Below, in pieces: positions 46,053 through 59,390 of a stretch of DNA of 64,000 bases; positions within the stretch are counted from its first letter, which is position 1, and each line of letters opens with the position of its first letter. The notes below the pieces were generated by a model. It was not told the origin of the DNA. It did no database searches and worked only from the letters and a program-made list of their open reading frames with translations. The DNA is taken from assembly GCF_009914755.1 (NCBI RefSeq), contig NC_060925.1. One strand, written 5' to 3'. The position numbers and the translations under genes are program-made. This DNA is from the human T2T-CHM13v2.0 reference genome, Homo sapiens.

Positions 46053-46700
46053 CGTGGGGACTTTTAGTTTCCAGTTCCCACGTAAGGAGCTTGGAAGTCA
46101 TCACTTTGCTCTAAAAAATAAAAAGATGAACAAACTGACAAATCAAAAACTCTTTTTAGATTTGTAAGAGAAGTAAGGTCACAGGGCAAACAGGTGTTCC
46201 TAAATGGAGATACAGACAGGTGGATACAGAGAATTACAAATTATCAGAGAAGAAACTCCGGGAACCAGTGCGTGGTAGGAAAATCTGAACTTTAATTGAC
46301 AGATTACTAGAAGCTAGGTGTGAAGGAGTCTGGGAGTTAAAACTCCAGGGAGACCCAGTCATAGTGGGGTGCCCCATGCTTTTGTGAGCTTTACCTCCAA
46401 GAGCTCAACCAGGTTCTCACACTAAATGTCACAGAAAAATTCCCCCATGCTTCCAGCGAGGGTAGGGGAAAAGGAACTGTACTGAAATACTACAGAATAT
46501 TCTGTTCTTGTTAACAAGACCTGCCCTCAGGAAAAACTAGTTAACCAGAGCCTAACCTGCTGGGATTTTAGAGTCTAACTGATCTAGAGAAAGCGACATA
46601 TCCTACTCTATCCCACTTTAGCCATTCTATCTCGCATAAGTCAGGGATTAAAAAGGTGAGAAACACTTGTGAAGTCCACAGTCCAGAGGCACAGGCTCAC
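46053..46700 (+). mobile_element. L1M 5'-UTR-only fragment
   Basis: ggggactt...cgtaaggagcttggaagtcatcact resembles the start of an L1M 5' UTR; flanked by taaaaattaac on both sides. Confidence 0.65.
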
Positions 46701-47438
46701 TAAAAATTAACTCTATGGTAATAATAATAAAAAGTTTAAGTACAAAGACAACCCAATGACTAGCAGATTGGGAGAGAATATTTGCAACACCTATTGTCAG
46801 CAAAGGATTCGTTCCGGAAATGTATAAATAACTCTGACATTAAGAAAAGATAATAATAATAACTCAATAGAAAATATTATCAAGGTATATAAGAATATAC
46901 TTGATAATAAATATATGGAAAGATTTTCAGCCTCATTAGTAATCAGTAAAATGCAAATTGAAACAATGAAATACCATTTTTTCACTTAGACTGACAAAAT
47001 TTAATACTATCCATTGTTGTCAAGGATATGGGCAAATAAGGACTTTTGCTGCTGCTATAACAGTATATTGGTTTAACCATTTTAGAGGGCAATTGGACAA
47101 AATCTATAAATTAGAATATACATATACACTACCACATGATAATGCCATTTATACAAGTGCACAAGGATGTTTGTTGTAACACTGTTCCTAACAATAAAAT
47201 TGGTTAACTAAACTGTCTTCCATTATGAGAATAGACAAATTATTGCTAATTTATAAAAAATAATCATACATGTAATATGAGCAAGTGAAAACTATATATG
47301 GTACCATAGATAAATTTCAAAACTAAAACCCTGAAGAAAAGAAACAAGTTGAAAAAGATATACAGAGTAAGATATTTATGAACAAATTTGAAGCAAATAC
47401 GGCTACATACTACACAAATGGAAATAAAAAAAAATTCC

Positions 47439-47840
<402 letters not shown>

Positions 47841-48347
47841 TTATCTGTCTATTTACTTAAAGGGCTGAGAAGCAAATTTGAAAAATATTAACATATTTTT
47901 AAACATGGGGTAGGTAAAATTGTATTCTACGATAGATATCCAGAAGTTCAAAAAATAATGAACAAGCTGCTGGAATATTCTAAGCTAAAAATAAATAAGC
48001 ATGGCATAGTTGACATAACACAGGATAAATGGACTTATAGTCAGAAGATCCAGGCTTTAGTGTTTTCTTTGCTATTAGCTTCTGCTATGATCAGGAAAAT
48101 TATGTATTTCCGCTGTGCTTCAAATGATCACTGAGTGTCGGCTTTGACACTCTAAGAATGCCATCTCTTGTGTCTGTGAAACACAAATGAATATCCTCAC
48201 AGCAGTGAGAAGAAGTTTAGAGTGGTATTCTCATACCACTCTAAACTTTAAATTTAATTTCTTTTTATTTTATTCTGTACTTTTTCTTTCAAAGTGATGG
48301 TTAACATGTTGCATTTTCAATGCTTTAGGAAACCTTTTCAAATACTT

Positions 48348-48585
48348 GTTTTTTCCCAATTTTTAGGTTCGGGGGTACACGTGCAAGTTTGTTACATGAG
48401 TGAATTTCATGTGGCGGGGGTTAGGTGTACAGATTATTTTGTCACCCAGGTAATAAGCATAGTACCCAATAGGTAATTTTTCAATCTTCACCCTCCTTCC
48501 ACTCTCTACCCTCAAGTAGGCCACAGTGTCTACTCTTCCCTTCTTTGTGTACATGTGTACTCAATGTTTAGTGACCTATAATGTG
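48348..48585 (-). mobile_element. L1PA15/16-type 3' end (~230 bp), the 3' part of a chimeric insertion
   Basis: tttttaggttcgggggtacacgtgcaagtttgttacatg...gtacccaataggtaatttttcaatc is an antisense L1 3' UTR. Confidence 0.88.
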
Positions 48586-49150
48586 GGAAGAATCATCCAT
48601 TTCATCTCCTTTTCTGGAAGGCTAGAAGATAGAGATTTCTCCTTCTTAGAAGTATTGGACAAATAGATTTGACCCTTCCTTGTCTTCTTGCACACTCCTC
48701 GCATTGGCAACAGTAACATGTCCAGTTGTTTGATTGGAGAGATCGGCAAAAGTTCTGAGTACGCGTGGATCAACCAGTCTGAGACATTTCTTTTTAAGGG
48801 ATAGCCCTTCGCCTGCATCAGTGTTTGACTTGTAGTGTTCCATTAATAGGGGAGGTTTCGTCACTACAGGAGGCTACAAATTTACAAGCTATACTTCCTG
48901 GCACTATCATAGTCCATATAAGCCTCATTCTCCAAGTAACTAAATCCTGAGGTCTGGACTGGAAAAAGGCAGAGAAACCCTAATTCTGACTCAAATCCAA
49001 TCCCAAGGTATGTTCCTCATCTAGTTCTACAGGAAATAAGCCTGATCCTTTTATCCTTATCTTTTCCTGATTCTATTTCTATGCCAAACTTGGTGGAAAA
49101 TGTGGGATAATTTTATTCATTTGATGATGATCTTTAGAGATAATACATGA
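48586..49150 (-). other. Unidentified non-repeat sequence co-inserted with the L1 tail (candidate captured RNA)
   Basis: Enclosed with the L1 tail by the perfect 14-bp direct repeat cttttcaaatactt (48334-48347 and 49151-49164); six CpGs in 48700-48860; two overlapping 72-80-codon open frames on the minus strand. Confidence 0.65.
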
Positions 49151-50991
49151 CTTTTCAAATACTTATGATCATTTATATCCAGAAAGTTTGAACTGTCTTT
49201 GCCTTCTTTTTTTTCACTTTTAAAACATAAATTATATAACTATACATTATCTATTAATTCTTTAATAATTTATTTAAAATATATCTACCCCTGATAAACT
49301 TTAAGCTTTATGAGGGCAGTAAGCTTGTTTTGTTCACCCCTCCATGGCCAAGGCCTAGTGCTGTACCTGGGATGTGGAAGGTTCTCAGAAAATACCTTAG
49401 TAAGTGAAATAAACAATTTTTATCATTCTAGTTCCCTGGAATATTATGCCAAACACTATGGATATGATTCTTGATTTCAAAGAGCTTTGCATTTTCTATT
49501 CCTTAACAAAGCCTCTCTCTCAGCGTGACCTGAATGGTAGCAGTTCTCACAGATGAAATGTCCACTGAATAAAAGTGAGAATGTGTTCATGATGTTATCA
49601 GAACTGTCTATGAATTGAGGATGTGAAAGCTCTGAAAATTTAAATTTCAACATTTTTACCTTTATTTTCTTCATTATACAGCCAATATGCTCATGTTGTT
49701 TCAAGTTATTCTTGCTTTTTTATTTTCTATTTTTACTGTATTGAGAAAGAAATTGGTAACATCCACTCTTCAGTATGGAGTTTGGGACTTAAAAGCAGAA
49801 ATAGTTATCTTTCACAAGAAAAACTTTCCTATTAAGATAATTTCCTGCCTTCTTTGCTTCATTCCTGACATAAATACTTCCTTCCATGCCCACACTGTTT
49901 TTCTTTCTAGGAAGAGTTCATTCATTTATGGCAGTGATGGGTCTTGTGAGAGAAAAGAAAAAAGAAGCAGAGGAAGAAGATGAAGTCACTAACAAGGTGG
50001 AGTGGAGAGTTGGGTATATAAAATGCTTCTCTGATGGGGTGATATGTGAGCAGAAATATGGAACAAGAGAAGGAGTAAGTTATGCTAAAATCTGGATATA
50101 TAATGTTCTGAGCACAAGAAACAGAGTACAAAGGCACGGAGGTGAGAATGTTAATCTCTTTCAGGAGCTTCAAGAAGGCCAGTGTAGAATGAGCCACATT
50201 AGCTGATGAAATGAAACGCTGCTCATTCTTCTCATCTTCACTCTCTCCTTTGACTTCCACTTCACCCTAGATTATGTTGAAAACCTCTTGAAATAATCTC
50301 CCTTCCTTTTTTTAACAAAAGCCTCAGATGCTGTGAGTAGATCACAATGGATCCTAATCAAGATTTTCAAGCTATAATTGTGCATGACTTTGCGGAGAAA
50401 TAAGAGACAGACTTATGTTCAACACAAAAATAATCTTGCATCTTTAAAGGTAAATTGATTGCTTCAAACCACTCAGATATGCTTGCCTTAGCTCCCCTCA
50501 CTCATTTCCAGGCTTATTAAATAATTTATAAATTTAATAAATTTAATTTTTTTAAAAAAAACATAACTGAGATCTTTATATTAAAACAAAAGAGAAATGT
50601 TGAACCCTCCCCCTCAATAGTTTACCCAACCAGCAAATCACATTTACTAGCCTATATATCTCTCTTCTTTGGCATCTGACAAACATACCAAACACTATAC
50701 TAGGTACAGGCAGAATTAAGACAAGAGGCTCACCTCATAACCTGTGCCAATGTTATTGCAACAACATTCCATACCCCAACTCTCACCATTCTCTAAAGTT
50801 ATTTTTGTTTTGAGAACACCGATTACATCACATCATGATCCTGCATACAACCCTCTTCAACCTTACATTATTTATAAGATAATATTCAAACTCTCCAGCA
50901 CAGCCTAAAAGACCTTTACTAGCTAGCCTGGACTCGACCTCCAGACTTGATTTCTAGCTAATTCTCCTCAACGTTGTTTATGTTCTAGCCC

Positions 50992-51170
50992 AGTAGTTCT
51001 CAACTCAGGCTACACATTGGATTTACCTGGGGAGCTTTTTAAAACACCAATGCTCAGGCTGCATCCCAGAAAAACTAATCATAAGCCCTGAGGGCACAGG
51101 CTGGGCAGTGATATTTATTGAAATTTCTATGAAGGAATCTAATGTGGATGTGGCTAAAAAGTGAAACTAC
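50992..51170. mobile_element. MER5-type hAT MITE
   Basis: cagtagttctcaac...acctggggagctttttaaaa...atgctcaggctgcatcccaga. Confidence 0.75.
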
Positions 51171-51599
51171 ACTACTGCATGTTGCTGTGTCTCTGGGTAA
51201 TTTAGCCTAATTCTGAAGCATACTGATTCAAAATCAAATAAAGAGACATTGAATTGGAGGTGAAAATAGCCACATTAGCTTCTTACATGATTTCTCAAAC
51301 ATCCTGTGTTCACACAGGCTTTCAGTTTACTTGGAACATTCTTTTGCATTTTCTCAATCTAATATCCTACTATTTATATCTGAAAATGTAGCCTAAGTAC
51401 TACTCCTCTTGAAATACTTGAAATACTAACAGGAAAGTTAGTAACTTCTGGTTCTAAACACCACAGCATTTTGAATTTATCCCTTTTAAAACTTTGTAGA
51501 AAGATTACTTGCTCACCAGTGTACCTTCTGCATAACTAAACACCACATCCTTAAGCACAAGGAACCATATGTTTCTTATGTTCATCTACTCTGTTCCTT

Positions 51600-52900
51600 T
51601 TGAAACCTATAAGAAATGAAGTGGAAGGAAAATCAGAGAAATGTGGGGTCCCAAAAGCCAATGAAAAATAACTTTTTTAAAGTACAAAAATAATCAATTT
51701 GTTAACTGATACGTTAAAAAAGATGAGGACTAAGAATTGAAATGAGGTTTGGAAATGTAGAGGTTATTTGTGTGTTAGAGAGGCAATATAGTGTAGTGGC
51801 CAAAAGTATGGATTTAGGCAATATCTACATGGATTTTGTTCCCACCTACACTTCTTACTAGCTACCTTGCATGTTGTGGTAAGGATTAGGTAGTCTCATA
51901 AAGTGCCTTTATAAAGTATCTGGAACATAGTAAGTATTATAAGAGTGTGAACTATTATTTGTAGCATTCTTGCATAAGCAGTTTCACTAAAGTATACAGA
52001 ATAAAACCTTACGTGAAATAAGTTTAAGAGATATTTAAAAGAGAGAAAGGAGTATGTGTACTATTTTGAGAAATGTTACTACAAAGGGAAGCAGAAAAAT
52101 GAGCTAATCACTGGAGAGAAATATTAAATGGAGAGGGGTTTTATTTTTAAGATCATGTAACAACAACATTCTTGTATGCTAATGGAATATTTCAGTAGAG
52201 AAAAAGAAAAATTTTCAGTGCATGAGAAAGCAGAATTCCTGAAATACTATCTACGCGGAGTTGGAAAACACATGGGAACTGTTGTACAGGTGGGAAGACT
52301 GGACTAGAAGTGCAGTTCAGTGATAAAAGAAAGCAAAGAAGATATGATTTCTGTAAATTTGAGGCACTAGGATAGAGAGATAGATAGATGGATAGGTGGA
52401 CAGATATGGTGGAGCAAGATTGTATAATTTCATTTCCAGTCGTTTTATTTTCACAATGAGATAGAAGGCAGAATTATCAGCCAAGAAAAGAGAAATTGAT
52501 GGCGATTTGAGGAGACAGCCAGAGATGTGGAATAGCTGCCTAGGGTCATGAGAGAATAACTGGCCTAGGGGACTGTATTAGGATTTCTAGGTAGCATTAT
52601 GAGCTCATCTAATATTCAAGGTTATAAAGGTAAAGAAACCAGACAGTATATATGTGTGCTTTTCTCCTGCTTCACTCAGCTGCATAGATGCAGGTATAGA
52701 GATGTCAAAGAGTTGGGATAAATTAGTGTGTTCTGGATTTGGCAAAAATGTAGAAGAAAAATAAAGGAATTGTGAGTGGGCATGGAAGAATGATTATAAA
52801 GGTGATCCATTGGCTTTAAGGTGATTTAGAAGTTAGTGAAGAAAATGAGGGAGAGTGTAATGGAGTAGGACCAATGGATTGCAGGTACAGGTGGTATAGA
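51600..52900. mobile_element. Highly decayed L2 relics with an embedded MIR (~51770-51960); similar L2/MIR relics at ~13600-14700, 36350-36520, 37270-37430, 38900-39700, 49280-50950, 55030-55280 and 56550-57110
   Basis: Purine-rich L2-like tracts and MIR-like motifs (gtgtagtggccaaaagtatgg; gttgtggtaaggatta). Boundaries are rough. Confidence 0.45.
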
Positions 52901-53289
52901 AAGCCAACTAGACACTTGATGGAATTCATGTGATTCTCTTCCTTCTCCCTCACATCACGTGCAGCTTAACTGGCTATCTACCATTCATTTTTCTGCTCTT
53001 CTTTGCACTGTTGCCTCCTCCAGAAAACCTGCCATGAGCCCCATAGTATAGTTTGACTGTTCATCTAACTTGCTCTTATAACACTGTATGATTTTTAATT
53101 GTGGTCCAATAAAGTCACTGTATCAAACTCATCATATCAGACTCGTCATATCAGGCTTGACTTTAAGCGACTTGATGGCAGAATCTCTGCTTTTTACCTG
53201 GCAAATTATCTGGTAGGATAATTTGCAATTACTTGGTAAGCATTTGCAATTTGGGCAGGTACATGAGCGAATCAGTAATCAAGTGTCTT

Positions 53290-53762
53290 TGTCTGATAAA
53301 CAAAATAATGACCTCCAGAGACACCTAAGTCCTAATTCCCAGAACCAGTGATTATGTTACCTTCCATGGCAAAAGGGACTTTACAGATTTAATTAAAATA
53401 GGGTTCTTGAGATAGTGAGATTATCTTGGATTGTATGGGTGGGTTCAATGTAACCATAAGCTTTATAGGAGGGATACAAAATGAGATGGGAGAATGGAAG
53501 CAGAAGTTGGAGTGATTTCCTCTGGAGGAAAAGACCATGAGCCAAGAGATGTGTGGGGCTTCACGAAACTAGGAAAGTCAAAGAAAAAGATTCTCCTTTG
53601 GAGCCTTGAGAAGGGACATAGCTTTGTTGACATGTTGATTTTTAACCTCTTCAGACGCATTTCAAATTTCTGGCTTTCAGAACTCTAAGATAACAAGTTG
53701 ATGTTGTTTGAAGCCACAAAACTTGTGGCAATTTGTTGCAGCACCAGGAGGAAACTAACGCA
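53290..53762 (+). mobile_element. MLT1D-type MaLR LTR
   Basis: aataatgacctcc...ccatggcaaaagggactttacagat...gagattatcttggatt...ggaaactaacgca. Confidence 0.85.
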
Positions 53763-55412
53763 CACAGTAATTAAATGGATTATTATCTTGGATTATAAAT
53801 AATACATTCCTTACCTCTATGTAGAAGCTGAAACTATCCCCAGCAGACATCATTGACATGAGGGTGGGTTATCTGTCTCACTCTCACATAAACATTAACA
53901 TAACTTTCCTCTGCCTTTTATTACGTCATCATTTGATTGTCAAGAAAGAAAATTAAATGAATTTCATTATAATGACAGATAAGTGTGACATGGTTATATC
54001 TTCATGCCAGATGTGGTTATAAGATGATGACAAAAGCCCCAGTACTATGGACATGTTTCATTTTAGCTGTAGATAACATTGGATGCACCTCCATTCTTAT
54101 AAACATTATAGCAATTCTTTATATGATTTAGTCTTGGAAACTGTTTAGCAAATGACATGCAGGTAGATTCAAAATTGAGAAAATATTGGCAACCATCTGA
54201 TAACTTTTTGCACAGTCAGTTGTGAAAGTGACTTACAGTGACAAAATATATTACACATACTAAAATATTTAAGCTTTCTGGACATATCATGAATTGTAAG
54301 GCAATGGGTATTTTATTTTTGTTGCAGCTAAATGTATCTGCAGCTTGATGGCTCTCATAAGTAATAATCTGAATTGCCTATCAGAGGAAAGTGCTGGAGT
54401 TATTTACAAAGGAAAAACCAACCCAATAACCCAAGGTGCCACCATTTTATGCAGAAATAAAGTGAATCTGGCAGCAAGAATAATGAAATGAGATAAGCTA
54501 CACACTTGAAATCTTATATTCCACATTAAAAAAACTTTATAAAAACTCTTTCTGTGGATATATAGGTTTACTGAAATGGAATTTATATAAATTGTGTAGA
54601 TGATAAGCCAAAGAGCTGACTCTGAAGTCCTTGTTACATCTCCAATCATGGCTCCCCAAATTGTCTGTATGACTCTCATGTCTTCCAGTATAGGTGCTTC
54701 AGGCTAACTACCCCTGAGTTTTTCCTTTCCCTCAATTCCTCCAAAATACAACTGATTTTTTCTCCATAGAATGCCTGTCAGGGGTGCTTAAGTGAACCAC
54801 CCATCCCAAAAGATGCTCTCCATGTAAGCTTTAATTTTATTCAGTAGATGTCATCATTTTTGTTGTAGTTACTGTTATGCTAATACAATAAAAATCTGTT
54901 TTCCTCACATTTGACCTATGGCTTCTGTCCGTTTTCAAGTTCCCCACATAAGGCTTTATTTAAGTCCTTTCTTTGTACTATATTTACAAGTAATCTTCAT
55001 TTTCCCATAAGTCCTAATTATTGCTGTATTGAGAAATTATTGCTTAAGGGGAAAGCATAGATGTTCTGGAAAGAACATAGCCATGGGAGACAATCTCTGC
55101 TATTATTTGGTTGTGCATGTCAAGACAAGTTACTTGCCACGTTGAACTTCATATTCCTTCTGTATCAAAGTGGGTTTCAACAATTTCTGTCAGGATAAAG
55201 GACAATTCGGTGTTTACAGGAAGTAAATTAGACAAAATATGGGAAAGCATCTAATAAATAAATGTCGCATTTCTAATATTGGTATCATGAACACAGAGCA
55301 AGCCCTAGCCAAAATACTAAAGAAAATTATATTTATTTTTGGTAACATCCTATCCAGCAACGGCAGCAACAGCACCTACAAGCATCCATCCCAACCATGT
55401 GATTCCCTTAGC

Positions 55413-55912
55413 CTTGTGGTTCTCAAAGTGTTCTTTGGGATCCCTGGAAGTCCTTTGCAGAGGGTCTATGAGGTCAAAAACATTTTCAAAATAATAGTAA
55501 AACAATATTTGCTTTTTTCACTCTCGTTCTTCACAAGTGTACAGCGTAATTTCCCAGAAGGTACATGATGCCTTTATTGCAACAGAGTAAAAGAAGAAGA
55601 AAATATGAAATTGTAGCTGTCTCCTATTAAGCCAATCTTTAAGAAATTTACAAAATTGTAAAACAGTGCCACTCTTCATCTTATGGTTTTTGAAAAATAT
55701 AGTTATTTGTCATATAAATATGTTACTCATGTTAAAATGTAATGAGTGTATTATGGTTACTTTTAAATAAGTTATTTAATAATATTTTATATTTTTCATT
55801 TTTAATTTCTAATACACTAATTGAGATCATTCAAAAACACATAACTTTGAAGGGCCTTCAATAATTTTACTAGTGTAAAGGGGGCCTGAGATAAAAAGGG
55901 TCTGGAACTGCT
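55413..55912. mobile_element. Charlie1b-type hAT deletion derivative
   Basis: Ends gtggttctcaaagtg... and ...gtgtaaagggggcctgaga...ggaactgct; ~500 bp. Confidence 0.75.
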
Positions 55913-57109
55913 ATTTTAAATTTTCTTCTCTTGGTGGTTCACTCACTACAACCTGATTCCATTTGTGTCACTTCTTTACTACTTTCTACTGTAACATGAT
56001 TAATGTGATTCCCTGTGGGTACAGATTCATCTCACCATCCTTTGGGCTAAAATATATTCCACAATGACAGATAGGTGCAAAGTCCTACCTAACTAGATTT
56101 TAAATGCACTGACCTATATTTGCTAATCCCATGAAGGAAGACTGTTTTGAACAGGAAATACAGGGTCTCCTCAGTTGTACAGGACATGAAGGCACTCTTT
56201 CCTGGTACCAGTCTGAACCCTGTACCATTTGTCTTCCTCATGTCCTTGGATCCTGTGGATCTTGTCTCAAAGTTTGTCCCTCCCACCAAGCAGGGATTTT
56301 AAACACTGAAGCCAGATTTTCTGCTCAGCCACTATTCCTTACCTTTTCCTTCGAATTGAAATCAAAATTAAGTCTGTAATTTAGTTAATAATAATGTACT
56401 AATATTAGTTTCTTATTTTTGGCAAATCCTGGTAATGAAAGCTTTTAACAATAAGAGAAACTGGGTTAGGATACAAAGAAACTCTAGTTTTGCAACTTTT
56501 CCATAAATCTAAAATTATTCCAAAATTTAAATTATAAATAAAATTAAATTGGACCATATTATTCCTTTTATTTGAGCCCTTCAATGGTTTCCTATTGTTC
56601 CTGTATGTTCCTATTGTTCATACAATGAAAACTAAGCTCCTGTCTTAGCTCACAATGTTCCTGGACACCTCTCTGTTCCAGAGGACCTAGGAACATCTCA
56701 TATACTCCCCTGCCTTTATTGCTCTCTAGCTTCTCTGGCCTCCATTATCCTACTTGCTTATGCCAAAATCATTTCAGGGTCTACAACCTTCAAGATATCT
56801 CATGGATGACTGCTTTCATCATTTGAATCCCAGCTTATTCACCTCTTCAGAATTTTTTTTTCATAATCTTTCTGCCTAAAGTTACCAATTTCCTCTTGAG
56901 GCACTCAACGTAACATGACCTTGGATTGTCTCCACTTTTATGCATGTATGTATTCTATTATAAAATGTATCACTATGTAAAATCTTTTCTTCTTACTACT
57001 AAACATTTATTTTTTATGTCTCTCTTCACTCAAATATAAGCAGGATATAGCCTATTTTATTCATTGTTATATGTCCAACACCTGAAGAGAATTGGTATAC
57101 AGTAAAAAT

Positions 57110-57990
57110 GGTATCATTATTTAATGCTGCATAAGATTCCAAAAGTTAGAGGTATAAAGCAATCTTACGGTTTTGTGGTTCAGCAATTCTAACAGGGCAA
57201 TAGTAGGGATGATCTCTTCTTATTCCCCAAGGATTGAAGCCTCAGTTGGAATAGATCAAATGACTGGACTGGAATATTCAAGGTGTTTTCTTCACTGACA
57301 TCATAATTCAAGAACGTGAGTTGGAGGCCTTGTTTCTTTTCTATGTGTTCCTCTCTAAGGCTTCCTCATAGCAGAGAAGCTTGGTTCCCAGAGAAATCAA
57401 AAGAGGGCTGCCAGTCAGGTAAACAGCTACACCCAGAACTTTCTTCTACTTTATTCTGTTGGTCAAATAAGTCATAGGCCAGAGTCAAGGGGATACAAGG
57501 AAAAATACTTCACCTCCTGATGGAGCTGTGGCAAGATTATAATGAAGAAGAAGAACATGTGTGATGAGAGATGTTATTGCAGCATTTTCAGCAAATACAG
57601 TCAGTTCACAGCTGGCCTGCAGCCACAATTCAAATGAGAAATACACTTACACCATACCCAACATTCCCAAAGCCTCATCCAATTATGGCATCAGATCAAA
57701 ATCTATTACTTGATGTCTGGGACCTCCGATGAGATAGTTCAAAAACTGAGGGTGAAATATGAAGGATGGCTTCCTCATCTTCACTAACATAGTGTCAAGT
57801 TGGTAGTGGCTATCAGGTAGGATCTCAGTTGGGGTTGCCAGCCAGGAGCTGTGGGGCCACTCCCTTGGGACCACTTGAGGTCTCTACACAATTGGCCCTT
57901 ACGAGGCATGAAGTGGAAGCTTCCAGGCCAAATAAGGGCTAAGCTTGTATTTAATTGGTCAAAGTAGCCATAGAGTTAACCCAGATATAA
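57110..57990 (-). mobile_element. MLT1 LTR plus short internal sequence and a second LTR fragment
   Basis: ttctgttggtcaaataagtcataggcc...gttattgcagcattttcagcaaatacagtcagttcaca, followed by MLT-int-like sequence. Confidence 0.55.
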
Positions 57991-59228
57991 AGAGGTAAAG
58001 AATGGGTGTACAATTGCGTGATGTTTCCGAATATGCCAGACCACCTAAATTTGCACTCCGGCTCCACTTAGTAGTATTCTGTAACCTTGGACAATTTACT
58101 TAACTCTCTAAGATTTCATCTTCTTTTCTTGATAGAAGATATGCCAAACATTGGTGACATGATGCTTTTTGTATAAAGTAATTCCACTCCCTTAGGAATA
58201 TCATAAGTTATCCAGGAGATCATCCATTACATTATTTTAACAGTCTAAAAGTCATATCATATGATAACACAAAGAAGTTCACTATTTAGAACAACAACAA
58301 ACCAAATATATAGTATTTCTAAAAGTGGTGAGTTAGTTATAAATTATTGCTTAAAGATAACTGGTTTTACTATGAAAAAAATTACATATAACCTTTTTAT
58401 AATTTCGTAAGTTAGAATACCTGAAAGTTAGAATACCCTATACCAGGGTTTAAAATACATTAGAATTTTGGAGCTACATTTATTGCTAATCAATGTAGAT
58501 AAATGTGCATTTTGTAAAGTGTAGACACTGTTTTCGTGAGGAATGTGGATTCAAAGCAACAGAAACTAAGTGTGACTCATTAAAGCAGAAAAGTCTTAAG
58601 TGGATATTGAATAATTAATACACATCAGTCACCCATAGAATTCCCAGGAATGTTGCACAGTGAGCATGTGGTATGATTCTATCACAAAACCATGTTGACT
58701 GAGTTCTGCTTTGCCACGACTTGGACTACGGTTGCTGTAACTGCTCTTCGCAGGGCACCACCACTACTTTTGCTGCATTTAAAGACCTGGTGATGCTGGA
58801 GTTGCTCCCTCACCCACGAATTTACTTTCCCTTATTCCTTACTATTTTTTGTCCCTGGAGCCAGGTTCAATGTCTTGAGCAAGTTCACTGGATTGGCTAA
58901 GCCTAAGCGTCACACCCAAGCTCAAATGATGCTGCAAAAGCAAGTATTTGGTGTTTTCAGCTTCAGTGGGCTCTTCCTTCTACCCACATTTATAAGTTTT
59001 GGGAGTTCCTAAATATAGATATGGAGTTCAGATTCAAAGTAAACAAAAACGAATAAATGTCAATTACAAGATTACAGAAACATTTATGCTTATCACCATT
59101 CCAAAATTTATGGAAAAATAATAGTATAAGTTAACTATAAGTTTATTTTACAGTTTTAAAGTGTACACTGATTGCATTGACACATTGCTGTATTTATTTT
59201 CAAGGTAAAAATAAATGTTTTTCACTGT

Positions 59229-59390
59229 TTTTTTTTTTTTTTTTTTTTTTTTGAGACGGAGTCCCCCTCTGTCCCCCAGGCTGGAGTGCAGTGGCGCGAT
59301 CTCGGCTCACCGCAAGCTCCACCACCCAGGTTCACGCCATTCTCCCGCTTCAGCCTCCTGAGTAGCTGGGACTACAGGCGCCTGCCACCA
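59229..59390 (-). mobile_element. AluY right arm only (5'-truncated)
   Basis: Pure poly-T of ~25 nt, AluY-type gcaagctcc and ttcacgccattctc, CpGs retained; ends abruptly at gcctgccacca. Confidence 0.9.

Noticed and set aside
48576-48870. By-eye resemblances of translations to bornavirus proteins (PRVLRTFADLSNQTTG to an L-protein block, ATVTCPVV to N, PLKRNVSDWL to M)
   Set aside because: The matches are short, recalled from memory and mutually incompatible (different frames and strands over the same DNA). They cannot be taken as an identification without a profile search.
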